A stretch of DNA of 64,000 nt from Camelus dromedarius (lineage: Eukaryota), in NCBI RefSeq assembly GCF_036321535.1, contig NC_087443.1:30876001-30940000 (forward strand), in the 5' to 3' direction. The notes below the pieces were generated by a model. It had not been told where the DNA came from. It was given only the letters and a program-made list of their open reading frames with translations, and made no database searches. This document shows, in pieces, positions 1 to 12,918 of the stretch. The stretch's first letter is position 1. Each line of letters begins with the position of its first letter. Both the position numbers and the translations under genes were made by a program.

Positions 1-2397
1 CTGTAGCTGCTCGGGTACTGGCGGGTAAACTTTCTCCACCACTTCAAATGGGATGTGAAATGCCACCTGCTTTGCTGACAACTCCACCAATGGGATCACC
101 AGTCCATCTTTGGAAACAAAGGTTGAGGTGAGCAGAAAGATAAGGGGAAATGAAAAGGGCCATGATTACTTGGCATCAATGCCAGTGCCATTCTTGAGTC
201 CCACCTTCACCAAGAAAGAAAGGGGAGATCTGGGTGAAAAACCAAGGACTCTCCTGTCGGGGTACACTCACCCTTAAGATTCCGACTGGGGAAGGGTAGC
301 TAAACAATCCCCAGGCCACACTGTTACCTAAGGTCTAGAATAGAAGATACCAGGGATATCACAGAAACTCCAGGTCAAACAGGTATATCCCAAGATCCTA
401 GCAAGTAACAAGTCTCACCTGGCTTGGCAATTAATTTCCCATATACTTGGCACTTCAGATTTGTATTATGTTGTTAATATCTCTCCCCTAGCATTCTCTT
501 CTCTAATTGCTTTTTTTGTTTGTTTACCATCCCTTTTTCTCCAGATGACTCCATGCCTCTATCTAAGGAGGGAAGATAAGCCAGAGCCCTGAAGAGTTAA
601 AAGAAGTATCTCCAGAAGCACCTTACATTGGCACACCTGAACCATGGCTTCCCACAACAGAAGCCTTGGGGTCAGGGGAGAGGATAGGTTATCCCAAGGA
701 AACCTAGCTGCTGCTCCTGGGATCACCTGGAGTAGAATGGAGTTACCACTCAAAGTTTCCCACACTGTTTTAATCAAAAAGCCATGAAACAGACTGCATA
801 TTTCACCAAATTGCGAGTCAGATTAAAAGACAGATTAGAAAATTATGGAGCTGAAAGGGACCTTCCCCCTGCCCCCAAAAAAGTTAATCTCTTTATTTTA
901 CAAGTGAGAAATTGTGGGGGTAGGGGGTAGGCATTGTGGGGAAATGACATGGTTTCCAGATTTCAACCTGTTCAGGAAGATACCCGTATGTTAAAAGTCA
1001 CCAAAATCTTCAGTTACTTCCCTTAAACTGAGAGAGCTCTAAACTCCAAGATTATCTACACATGCAAATATGAAAGAAGTAAAAAGGCCATAGAAAGAAG
1101 TAAAAAGGCCATAGAAAACTCACAGGGAAACCGCCTAAGGGTGTATGTGTGTGTGTGTGTACACGTACATACGTACGTACACAGGGCATATGCTCTCTCT
1201 CCAAAATTGAATACTATCACTCTTAAATGATGACATAAATCAGTTTCTCTCTGCAGGGCAATCTGGAAAACAGGACCCTTAAAAAATGGCCAGAGTAGAA
1301 TCACAAATTAAACCCCTCAACTTCCCATAAAGCCCAGGACAAAAACTGCCCTGAGGAAGGCAGGGAAATAACACGGTGAGTCCTGAGCCTATGGGGCTTC
1401 TCTTTATTATCACTCTCCTCTCCCTCCTCTTTAATAAAAGCAAAATTCTTCACAGCACTAATCAGCTAATCCACTGAAAGACCCGAGGATGAAAGAAACT
1501 CAAGTGAGAAGCTGGATGAGTGTTTCATGAGACTCCAGGGACAAGTACCCATACTCTTCCCCAGGCTCCAGATGATAGAAATCTAAGGCTCTAATACAGT
1601 AGCCCCAGCCTTGGCTTCTCACAGATGTTCAATATGGCCAGGAACCAAGCTTCTGATCTAAATCTAAATCTATGTGACATCTCCTCTCATAGGGCCACTT
1701 CACCTCCACTTTCCTCTGGCTAGAATCCCTTTTTGGTGCAACTGGCATCAGAGATTATCACCTTGAATCAAGAAGCTCCCAATGCTTGCAACGGGGTGAC
1801 ACACCTCAAGTGTTCACGTCTTCACAATCCGACCCCTACCCACATTCTCTTCCATTTTCTGGCCTGCCTCAGGCTGAACTCGGTAAGTATTCCCCAAGTC
1901 AGAGTGGGAATTTTTCTCCTCTATCCCAACTCTAAGGCAAATGAACGACAAGAGATCAGTTTTCTGTCGCTAATCCTATCCAACCCAGGATTTCCCAGCC
2001 ATCACACCAACACACACACATACACACCAGTGCGGAGAAACCAGCCCCAAGAAGACCGGAAAAGCGAGTCTTGAAGTCTGTTCTAAGCTTGGGACAGCTC
2101 CTGGTCCGGGGCAGCCCCGGAGCAGGGACAGCTCTCGAGCAAGGCCGAAGCAGGGCCTGCCTGCTCCCCTNNNNNNNNNNNNNNNNNNNNNNNNNNNNNN
2201 NNNNNNNNNNNNNNNNNNNNNNNNNNNNNNNNNNNNNNNNNNNNNNNNNNNNNNNNNNNNNNNNNNNNNNNNNNNNNNNNNNNNNNNNNNNNNNNNNNNN
2301 NNNNNNNNNNNNNNNNNNNNNNNNNNTCCTCAAAGCGGTCCGAATCCTCGAAAGAGAAGCGCTCTCCGTCCTCCCACTCCGCGAACATCAGCTCCAT
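1..2397 (-). CDS. ZSWIM8: ZSWIM8, 5' partial. Exon 1 CDS starts at 2397 (visible 2327-2397; the rest and the donor lie in the N-run, expected end ~2190). Exon 2 starts at 107 and runs off the window. Cullin-RING ligase adaptor for target-directed miRNA degradation.
   Basis: ATG at 2397 gives MELMFAEWEDGERFSFEDSDRFE, the ZSWIM8 N-terminus. Acceptor tttgtttccaaag at 108-120 is followed by (D)GLVIPLVELSAKQVAFHIPFEVVEKVYPPVPEQLQ in phase 1. Synteny with CHCHD1/FUT11/SEC24C. Confidence 0.96.
1072..1117. repeat. 21-bp tandem duplication (gaaagaagtaaaaaggccata x2), followed by a GT/AC alternating tract at ~1141-1182
   Basis: Read directly: units at 1072-1092 and 1093-1113. Confidence 0.9.
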
Positions 2398-3060
2398 GGG
2401 GCCCGCACCTCCCGGGGCCGGGTCCCCCCCCGCGGATCCGCGGCCCGGGCCGCCGGCCGGGGGCTGAGGGGAGGCCCGGGGCCTGAGAGGCGAGCCGGGG
2501 CTGGGGGTGGCCGGGGCGCTCAGGGCTGCCGTGCCGGGCGAGGAGCTCAGGTCTGAAAGAGATACGGGACGGGACCTCGCCCAAGTACGAAGTGTGAACG
2601 GGAATCGTGGCCAGTCTCCGAGACTCCGGGCCCGGACGAAGCGCTCGGCAACCGGGGCCTCTCGGCGGCTGCGGCGCCGCCTCCCCCATCAGCTGATCTG
2701 AACTTCCGGCCGCGCCGGCCACCACCACTTCCGCCCTCGCGCGCTGGGGAACCGGTCCCGGTAGGCGCGGATATAAGGGGTCGGCTTGTTTAACTGCTAT
2801 ATTTCCTGCTTTTTTCTCGAGCCTAGCCCTAGATACCATAAGAGGAATGCAACCAACACAAGTAGACGAAATGACTACAGATCCCAACATAACTCGGCGT
2901 CCATAATGTCCTCAAGGGATAAACAGCCGCTACGCATGCCGGGAATCGTAGGCTGTCAAGAGACAAACGTAGGAACCATTGGGTGGAGTTACTGTCCTAA
3001 CTCCGGATAGGCCCCGGGGCCGCGTTACCTCCTGGGAACTGTAGTCCAGAAGCCTGCATT
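2050..3060 (-). promoter_or_regulatory. CpG island / ZSWIM8 promoter and 5' UTR
   Basis: Very GC- and CpG-rich. ETS-type GGAAGT motifs at ~2701-2710 and ~2726-2734. ACTACAnnTCCCA-type motifs at 2874-2886, ~2934-2953 and 3033-3045. Confidence 0.85.
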
Positions 3061-4029
3061 CCAGGAGACTTTTTATAGGGTCTAATTGGCAAAACATCGG
3101 TTAAAGGAGGCATTTGATTTCAGGAGATGGTTGTACTGTTTGTCAGTGGGGCCTTTTAGTCTAGGATTTCTTGGCCTTTTTTTGTGCCATGGGCCGTTTA
3201 GCAGCCTGATGAAACCCCTGGACCCTTTTCTCAGATTGTTTATAAATAAACAAAATAATTACAAAGGAAACCGATTATGTTGAAATACAATGATAAAATA
3301 CTAATAAAACAAATTTGCAACAAAGTAGTACTTCTTTATTTTCAAATGAAATAAGATCCCAGTAGCAAGTGTAATAACTACTAAACTTTGAAGACAGTGA
3401 TGAGTATAAGTGACGAGACATCTGTAATGAACCATTATATAAAAAAAATTGTGATTTCATATAGGTGTTGCTAATAATACTGGGGTTTGTTTCCACAGTC
3501 CTAACTGAAATGTTCGATTACAGTTGTAGTTTAAATTTTTTTCCCATACATGTTCACAGACCTCTTACTGGGAGTTTCCATTGACAGAAAGTAGGCTAGT
3601 CCAAAGCATCTAAGCACTGAGCTTCTTCTTAACAGTGAACAGCCTCAGCCTGCAGAACCAGGCAAGTGCCCGGTATTCCACCAGTGGGGTATGAGGGAGA
3701 GGTAGCTGTGGGGTGGTCAAGGAGGCAAGACTTCTTTATCTCAATAATTATCCCCCTGGAGCTTTAAAATGCCCACATATCCCTTTGTCCATTTAATGCT
3801 CTAAAGTACGTAGAAAAGGTTGAGTTATGCCTGAAAGGGCACACATAAAATGCTAAACAACTGTTTCTAATATAAGGGGGTCACAAAAGTAAATACCTTC
3901 AGCAAATAGGTAGGTAACTTGATGAGAAAGGTAAATAGGTGATACAGAAAGATAACTGCCAATTACATCTTAGTCTCACTATTTGGAAGAGTCCTGTGGC
4001 CAGGTCCCTGGGGAGTGGAGACAAATGAT

Positions 4030-4245
4030 AAGCAGCTCTATTTGAGAAGAGTTTATTTCCATGTGGGATTAAGAAACTAGGGTTGCCAGATCTTTTGATT
4101 TTTTTTTTAAGAAAAACTAAAAAGTGGATTTTTATGACATTTTTCCTATTTTTAAATGTGGGCAGCTATTTTAAAAACTATTTAACTGTGTAGGCCAAAT
4201 AAAATACATCTGCATCACCTTCAAGTCACCAGTTTGTGAACTTCC
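4030..4245 (-). mobile_element. hAT DNA transposon fragment, MER102-like
   Basis: agggttgccagatcttttgatttt...tggatttttatgaca...gtaggccaaataaaatacatctg...ccagtttgtgaac resembles the reverse complement of the MER102 end (from memory). Confidence 0.55.
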
Positions 4246-4704
4246 AATTATTCTGGCAGCTCCTTGTACTGGCTATGGACAAAACACATAGTCACTAAAT
4301 ACTTACAGATGATGGCAAGAAACTATATAGAGTTTTTTGTTTTTTGTTTTTAACATCCTTTAGTGCATTCAAAAGCAAGAGCACTAAACGGTATAAAGGA
4401 CTTCAAATGCAGAACAAAAGTTTCTATCCAGCTCCTGGTGCAAACCAGGGAGCAAAGACCTTTCAGAGTGTAGGGTGGATACAGGGTTGAACTATGGAGA
4501 GCACCTAATCCACAACAAAAGGCCAAGTTCTCGTCAGAGGATTTTATTTCGATATAAAGATATCGAATAATGATTCCAAAGGGGGGGAAAAAGTTTGCCT
4601 CCTTCTACTCTTCAAAGAGAGCACAACAGTGCAAATATCTCTAAAACGCCTCTGCATAGTTCTCAGAAGCTACAGTCCAGTCACTGAAAATCCTTCTTCA
4701 TTTT

Positions 4705-6150
<1,446 letters not shown>

Positions 6151-6569
6151 CACGGGCAGGGGATGGGAGCTAATCAAAATATGAGACTTTAAGATGCTAA
6201 GTTGGGAATGATTTTAGTAAACCTTCAAGAGCTGTTTAAGCACTTCTGAATTCATCATCGTTTTACTTAATTCCCTCCCCAATCCTCTGAAGGTACTTAG
6301 TATTATTCCAATTTATAGACTCGGCCCTTCAGTTGTGATGCCTAGCTTTAATCCAAACTCTGTTCTAAGTGACTTTTAGTTGTTGACAAAACCCACACCA
6401 AAGATGTACCACTGATTCTAAAGGCATTTACACACAAGCTCCAAGAAATGTTTGGGGTAATGTAAGGACAACTTGGACAAGCTTGTAGTTCCTAAGATGA
6501 CTGCTTCGGAGGAGCAATATTTATTTGGTTGTGTAAATTTGGTGTGCTAAAATCATTTATCACAAATGT

Positions 6570-6860
6570 TCGGGATCTTCCCATGGATCTCTGCATGACT
6601 AGTTCCTTTTCTTGTTGAGTCTCATTTCATGTCAGACAGGACTTCCCTGACTTACATCCAAACCACCATCAACCTGTTATTTTCTTAATAGCACCTATCA
6701 CAGTCTGGATTATCTTGTTCACTTATTGTTTGTTTATGGCCTTATACCCAACACCCATTTAAAATGTAAGCACCATGAAAGAAGGGGCTTTGTCTTGTTC
6801 AGTGCTGAATCCCCAGTGCCTAGAGTAGTGCCAATAAATACATGTTAAATGAACAATGTT
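6570..6860 (+). mobile_element. L2 LINE 3' fragment
   Basis: Ends in the typical L2 terminus (...tgtaagcaccatgaaagaagggg ctttgtcttgttcagtgctgaatccccagtgcctagagtagtgcc aataaatacatgttaaatgaac). Confidence 0.7.
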
Positions 6861-9730
6861 TGAAATATTTTTGCAAGTCTCTAACTTTACTACATTCACC
6901 GTGGAAATAAAACCAAGCAGAAGACGTGGTTTAAGAAGAAGCCATTTATTACACAAAATGAAACCTGAAATAATAGAAAATAGCAACACTTGGGAATAAT
7001 AAAGGCATCAGCCCCATGCTCCATCCCCTACTCCAACACCACAAATAAAGCTGATTGCTATCAGACACTTCTACCACCAATAACCCCAAGCCCGCTGCTG
7101 TAAACAGAGCAGGCTGGGCCCCAAACCAGAGAAAATTCACATTGCTTGCTTTCTCCATAGAGAGAGTGAAGCCTTTAGTTGGATAACCATATGTCTATTC
7201 CTGGTTCTCCTTTCCCTTGTGGTGCCCAGTTTGTCCTGTTTTTTTTTTTTTTGTAAATACTTTTATGGTAATAGGAATAAAGGAGAAAGTCTGGGAAGCA
7301 CTGACCACAAAGCAGGCATGAGTCTCCCAACCACAGTCATTCATGAACAACTGGCCCACTTTGTACATAAAAGCGTTCAAGTAATGCCAGTGTGAACTAG
7401 TATAATTAGACAGGAAATGTAAGGATGATTCTACACCTTGCATAACTATCACTTACCCTTTTTATTGCACATAATGAAATTTGACTCCTAACTTTAGTTT
7501 GCACTTGGGTAATATGTATTTTGCACTATATGTATATCAGTATCTGCATTTAAACAGATTGCAAGCTTGAAATCTGAGTCCTGGATTGGGCTTTTTTTCT
7601 AAGAGTCACTGCTATATCAAATTTTAACATAAATATTTTTGAAGGTCTGTCTTTCCCTCTTGTTCTTTTCTGCAAAAGTCCAAACTGGTTAAGCAAACTT
7701 TCCATGTTGTTATGAGGGCATTTTTTATTAAAATGAAAAAAGAACCACCCTGGCAGTGAAACCCAGCCTAAATTATAGCTTTCCCTGGCCATATCTTTAG
7801 ATGTCACAATAAGTGTGGGACCCTAGTTGTTGAAGTATCTATAAATATATATATGAAGCACCCCATATATAAAATAAAATATTTATTGTGAAGTCTGTTG
7901 CAGAATTTCCATTTTGGAGGATATTATATAGTTTCATGTTAGCCTAAAATTGTAAATTCTCCATAGATCTTCACCCAATTCAAAGCAGGTATGATTATTT
8001 TTTAAAATAAACACTTGATGTTGGTTTTGATGTTAAATAAAGAGTTAGATTTCTTAAAGTTAAAAACAAACTGGTACATCACACACAGAACAGCTCAGCA
8101 GTCTGCTCAAAATATTAAAAACAAAACCTTACAGAAGGATAAGGCTCAACTGTACATAATCTGCAATAAGGTCATAATATTCATCTTCCTCTTCAGTCTT
8201 TACAACTGTATGGTTATCAATTAATGTGTGTGTGTATATATATATACGTAAATACACACACACTAATTTAAACCAGACATTGATAAGCTATGGAACTTCT
8301 CTAGTGATAATTTATTAATACATTACAACCAGGGTAGTTCTAAGAGCCAAGGTATTCTTTCTTGCTCCACTGTCCCAGAAAAAGCAAATGGTTCCCCTGC
8401 CCATTAAGCTGTATGTTTAAACCACAGCAATAGAAGGGATTGGCTACATCCCCAGATCTAACAGCTTGTACTTAGCTAAGCCACTTGGGGTGGCTTAACT
8501 TCTCTTGCCTCGCCTCTCATTCCCCTTGAGCTTAGGGCGTTGGGTGGACTCCATCAAAATGCAATGTCAGTACTATAAAGTTGTGCAGAAGGACATCAGT
8601 AATAGAATGAATGAAGTTGGAATATTTATCCCACTTAAAGTGGAAAGTGCCACAGAATATTATGAGATAATTACTAGAGCTATACTGCTGGGCTTTTTTC
8701 CCACTATAATTTTCATGATTTCTGGGAGGAAATGGGACTTGTGTAGCATATAAAAATAATAAAATACAAGAGTTCATTGGGTAGACAGAAGAGAACAGAG
8801 ACCTCTAACAATCTGCACTTTGATTCACATTGGACTATTTTAACATTTCAAAATCTTTATAGCTTTGTCTGACATTTCCAGCCTTAGTCTTCACCCTAGC
8901 CGAAAATGGAGCAGGACAATTCATTAAACTGACGTGACTTTCATTAGCCACTTAATCTTTCTATTCATGAGGTGAGAAGGAATTCCCAATATGCCCTAGA
9001 TAAGAAACATACCAGCAGTAAGAAAAGTTGTCAAATTTATAGCCACTTTAATACAGTGGAGAGTGAATGTGGGAATGGTGGCAAGGCTGCTCCATCTCCA
9101 TCAGGAATTGTGAAAAACCAGGAAAGAAAAAGCCATTTTAAAATAAAAAGGTTGACATGAAAGGCAAAATAAAGGATATATATATAAAAAAAAAAAACAC
9201 AACTCCAGAGAACCAGAATATAACCCACCAGTTTTGCTTCACCACCAACATAATAGTTTATAAAGCAAGAGATAAGGAAAAGAGATAGGAAAGGTACTGA
9301 ATGATGAGTGGTTTAAAGAATAGCATAGAAGTTTTAAGACCCTAAACCTGGCCCATCTTACCTCACTCACAGCCAAATGCTAAGGTGTTGTCCCAATCAT
9401 GACTGAGGATGAAATAGTTAGAAAAATAAACAATTCTTTAAAAATTCTGCTGATCAGCACCTTGAATCAGATGAGTGTTTCAGGCTTCTAGTTCCCACTA
9501 AACCAAGAACTGAGATGCCTCCATCACTCCTTCAGGAGAGGCCCTATTACCATAGGCTCAGATCTTGGCTACACATCATTACAATAACATGTCAGTGGAT
9601 GTAACTGCTATTTCTTGAATTCATGGTAAGACAGTGTTCCTCACGGGTTTGTGCAGCAGATACCCTTCATGTCCCATGGTAAGATAAGGACTTCCATCTC
9701 CTTAGTTCTATCAAGTTCTTGCAAGAGTAA

Positions 9731-12703
9731 TTAGAGATTCTGGTTCCTTTTCATGAAGATCTCGGTTAGGTAATCCCAAAATTTCCCCTGCAGTGTCTCA
9801 TTGTTGTGGATCATGGCAGTAAGAGCTTCCCCCTGGTCCAGACCTTGCCAATAATCTTGCAGCCACATCTCCTTCCAGCTGAAACATCAAATAGGGGATG
9901 GATTATTGAATGTGAGCACAGCTATGAGTCCTGCCTTTCTCTGAATGGCCAAAGAAATCTTAAGCAGATACAGTGGTCTCTGGTTAGGGCAGGGATCTGC
10001 TTTGAAAGGAAGGAAATGTGAAGTAAATCCAGTACTAGCCCAAGTGACAGGCAGTGAGCCACAAACACAAATTTATCACACAAACCCACCCCAGCGAGTT
10101 ACAGTTCCTCACTTGCCTGCTCCTGGTCCCCAGATGTGGAGGGAATTCAGAGGCAGGGAGGTCAGGAGCCAAGCTATGGATACAGTAATCTCCCTAAGGC
10201 AGGCAAGGGAGCAGATTTAGATGGTTACCATTTATGTTACCAACTATTTCAATAATCAAAATGAAGGTGCAGTAGTATCCAGTGTCTAGATAATACATAA
10301 CTTGAATGTTTCTTAGTTTTTTAGTGTATTGCATTTTTCCTCTGATAAATCATAATATTATATTCAGCACAAACTAGATACAATTACCTGATGCAAATCA
10401 CTAGATACAATTTACCTCCAGTCCCAGGGCCAAACTGTGCCAGCCCTCTGCTGCCATCCACAGTCCGCAGTGATCTCTGCAGGTCATTCTAGCAGCCTCT
10501 CTTCTCCAGGCTAATAACCTTTCACCTCTGCACTAGCAAGTGTGGTTTACTGCAAGTGACTTCAACATTTTCCCACCCCACCTCCCATGCTTCCTTGTTT
10601 CCCAAAGCCACTACCTACTGCAGTAGCCTTCTCACTTCCTTTCCAATCCACACTGCCCACCACTGTTAATCATCTTTTGAAAGTATTCCCTCTATTCTGG
10701 GACGAACATATAATTTGTCATCCAAATCTGGGTACTTTCAAGAGTGATTGGTGGTGTTAATAATTATGCCAGGTTAACAGATATAAACCCTGACTAATGC
10801 AGACAAACCTCCCTCAAAATACTCACCTCTGTTTCTCATTCCCATCCCCACAATCTTGAAGGTACTCAATAAATAGCTGAGTTGATTTTCAGGCCAGTCC
10901 AGTTCCTGAGCCCGATTATTCAGGCTACGGACAGCCTGGCACAACTTTGTCTCTCCCTCATTGCTTCCCTGAACAGACCCTCTGTTCTGGTTGAATCACT
11001 ATTGCAAACATTGTCCACAAGAGCTCATTTTATATGGTGTTGCCCTGAATTATCTCTCACATCTTCTACTGAGCTTTTTCAGTTTGTCTTATCTCCTCAA
11101 CTAGACTCTTGACACCTTAAGAGTGAAGTGATCCCGTGTCACAATTTCCTTGTACACGTTGTACATCCTCTCAGTGCTAGTTTATTGTCCACAGGAAGCA
11201 TGTAAGTAAATCATTTGATTTGCCAGCCGCAGGCACCCTTACCTGTCATTCTCAGGAATCTCTTCCACACTGCCAAAGCCAGGTGTGGGCATTGGGCAGT
11301 CCATGTGTGAGGGCTTGGCAATATGAGGCTCGGGGATAGGGATGTCCCCAGGAGAGGCTGCGTGGGCCTTCTCTGCAGCCAGCCGAGCCAGCTCGTGGTC
11401 ACAGACGAAACACTCGAATCCATTAAGGTAGTTAGGCAGTAAAGGATCATTCACTCCCCACTCCCGCTTTTTGAGACTATCCAGAAGGAACTGGTTGGTG
11501 ATGCCCCCAGGCTGCTTGTATGCCAGGTATTTCATATATTCCTCATCATTTTTGTCCAGAAAGTCAATAAACTCTGCCAGCTTCTGCGGCGACTCAAAGT
11601 CATCAATGAGGATGATGGAGTGATTGTTGGGAATCCAGTCCCTCACAGAGGGAGAGCCGCGGTACACGGGCACAGCACCGAGATGCATGGGGCGCCACAG
11701 TTTTTCCGTCATGTAGTCGTCACAGATGGCATTTTCGAGGGCCAAATGGAACTTATAGCGGGACAAGAAGACCAAGAGCTCTGGATCCTCGGTGGTGGCT
11801 GTGGCTGTGTCCTGTAACCGCGGAGTGGGCAGCTCCCGATTTTGCAGGCATTTCCCATATGAGTCCACCTGCGTGGGGTAGAGTACGGCAGTCAAGAGGG
11901 TACGGCACGTTGGCCTGGACACCAGCGGTCCCGGCTTCCCGGCTTCAGCCCGGTGCGCCACCCACCCCTCCCCACCAGGTCCCGTCCTCACCCACCGGGA
12001 TGTAGCGCATGAGCTCGCGCACGTAGCGGTCCCGGTCCGCAGGCACGTCGCAATGGGACTGCAGATACAGCAGGGGCGCGTAGCCGCGGCGGCGCCACTC
12101 TGCGCGCTCCTGGAGCGGAGGCGCCGCGCGGCGCAGATAAGCGGTCCCGGGCAGCCACTGCAGCGGCAGCGGGTAGTCAGAGTGACGGCTGAAGGTGGCC
12201 GTGAGATTGAAGAGGCGGATGCCCGGACCGTGGCTCAGCAAGAAGTTGTTGAGGGGCGACTCCTCGTGCAGGAGCGCCCAGCTCTGGTGCGCCAGGCGCG
12301 GCAGTGGCGCCTCAGACGCGCGGAAGTCGGTGCCGTAGAAGAGCAGAGCTCGCGTTCGTGAGTCTCCCCGCATCCGTCGGTCCCGGGACGCTAGGCACGC
12401 GCCGCGCGCGCACTCAATGCGCTCCGAGTCGCCCGGGAAGTGAGGAAACAGTCCTGGGCTCCACCACAGCAGCACCGGCAAGTCCACCGACTCCTCCCTC
12501 CCTGGCCGCGGGGTCCCCGGACTGCGCGCCACCCCCACTGCGCCCAGCGGCGAGGGAGGCCGGAAAACCGCGCCATCCCACGGCTCTGCCCACGCCGTCT
12601 CCCCGCCGGTCTCCCCCTCTGCCACTGGCCCTGAGCTGCTGGCCGCACAGACACTAAGCACTTGCAAGGCGGCAAGCACAGCCCCCGTGCGGCCGGCCCC
12701 CAT
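9731..12703 (-). CDS. FUT11: FUT11 (GT10-family fucosyltransferase 11, recently reassigned as protein O-fucosyltransferase POFUT4), 493 aa. Exons 11996-12703, 11243-11868, 9731-9878.
   Basis: [22 protein letters not shown]...[13 protein letters not shown]...ELMRYIP | [10 protein letters not shown]...[23 protein letters not shown] (GT10 motif)...PEND | [11 protein letters not shown]...KRNQNL-TAA. Lengths 708+626+148 nt, GT-AG introns. Confidence 0.97.
10699..10815 (+). mobile_element. MER94-like hAT MITE
   Basis: gggacgaacatataatttgtcatccaaatctgggtactttcaagagtg...taataattatgccagg...ataaaccctgact matches the MER94 pattern (from memory). Confidence 0.65.
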
Positions 12704-12880
12704 GTCCACTCCGGCGGCCGACGCCCCTCAGCACCAGTCCCCGCCTGGCGTTGAGTAGCGACGGTAAGAAGTCCTACGCCACAGGGGCAAGTGGCGCATG
12801 CGCAGCCGGCCACTTCCCGGGAGCCGCTAGTCTGGGCAGGAAGGACTGCAGGGAAAGTGATGATGATAACGACGCGGGTA
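11620..12880 (-). promoter_or_regulatory. CpG island covering FUT11 exon 1 and promoter; NRF1 site 12794-12803, ETS site ~12810-12820
   Basis: CpG density; gcgcatgcgc palindrome; ccacttcccgg. Confidence 0.8.
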
Positions 12881-12907
12881 AAACTGAGGCTACTGGTTAC
12901 ATCTTAA

Positions 12908-12918
12908 TTTATTTTATT
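12908..12918 (-). terminator. SEC24C poly(A) signal(s), AATAAA x2 on the minus strand
   Basis: Plus strand tttattttatt, about 1.08 kb after the SEC24C stop and immediately before the FUT11 CpG island. Confidence 0.75.
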
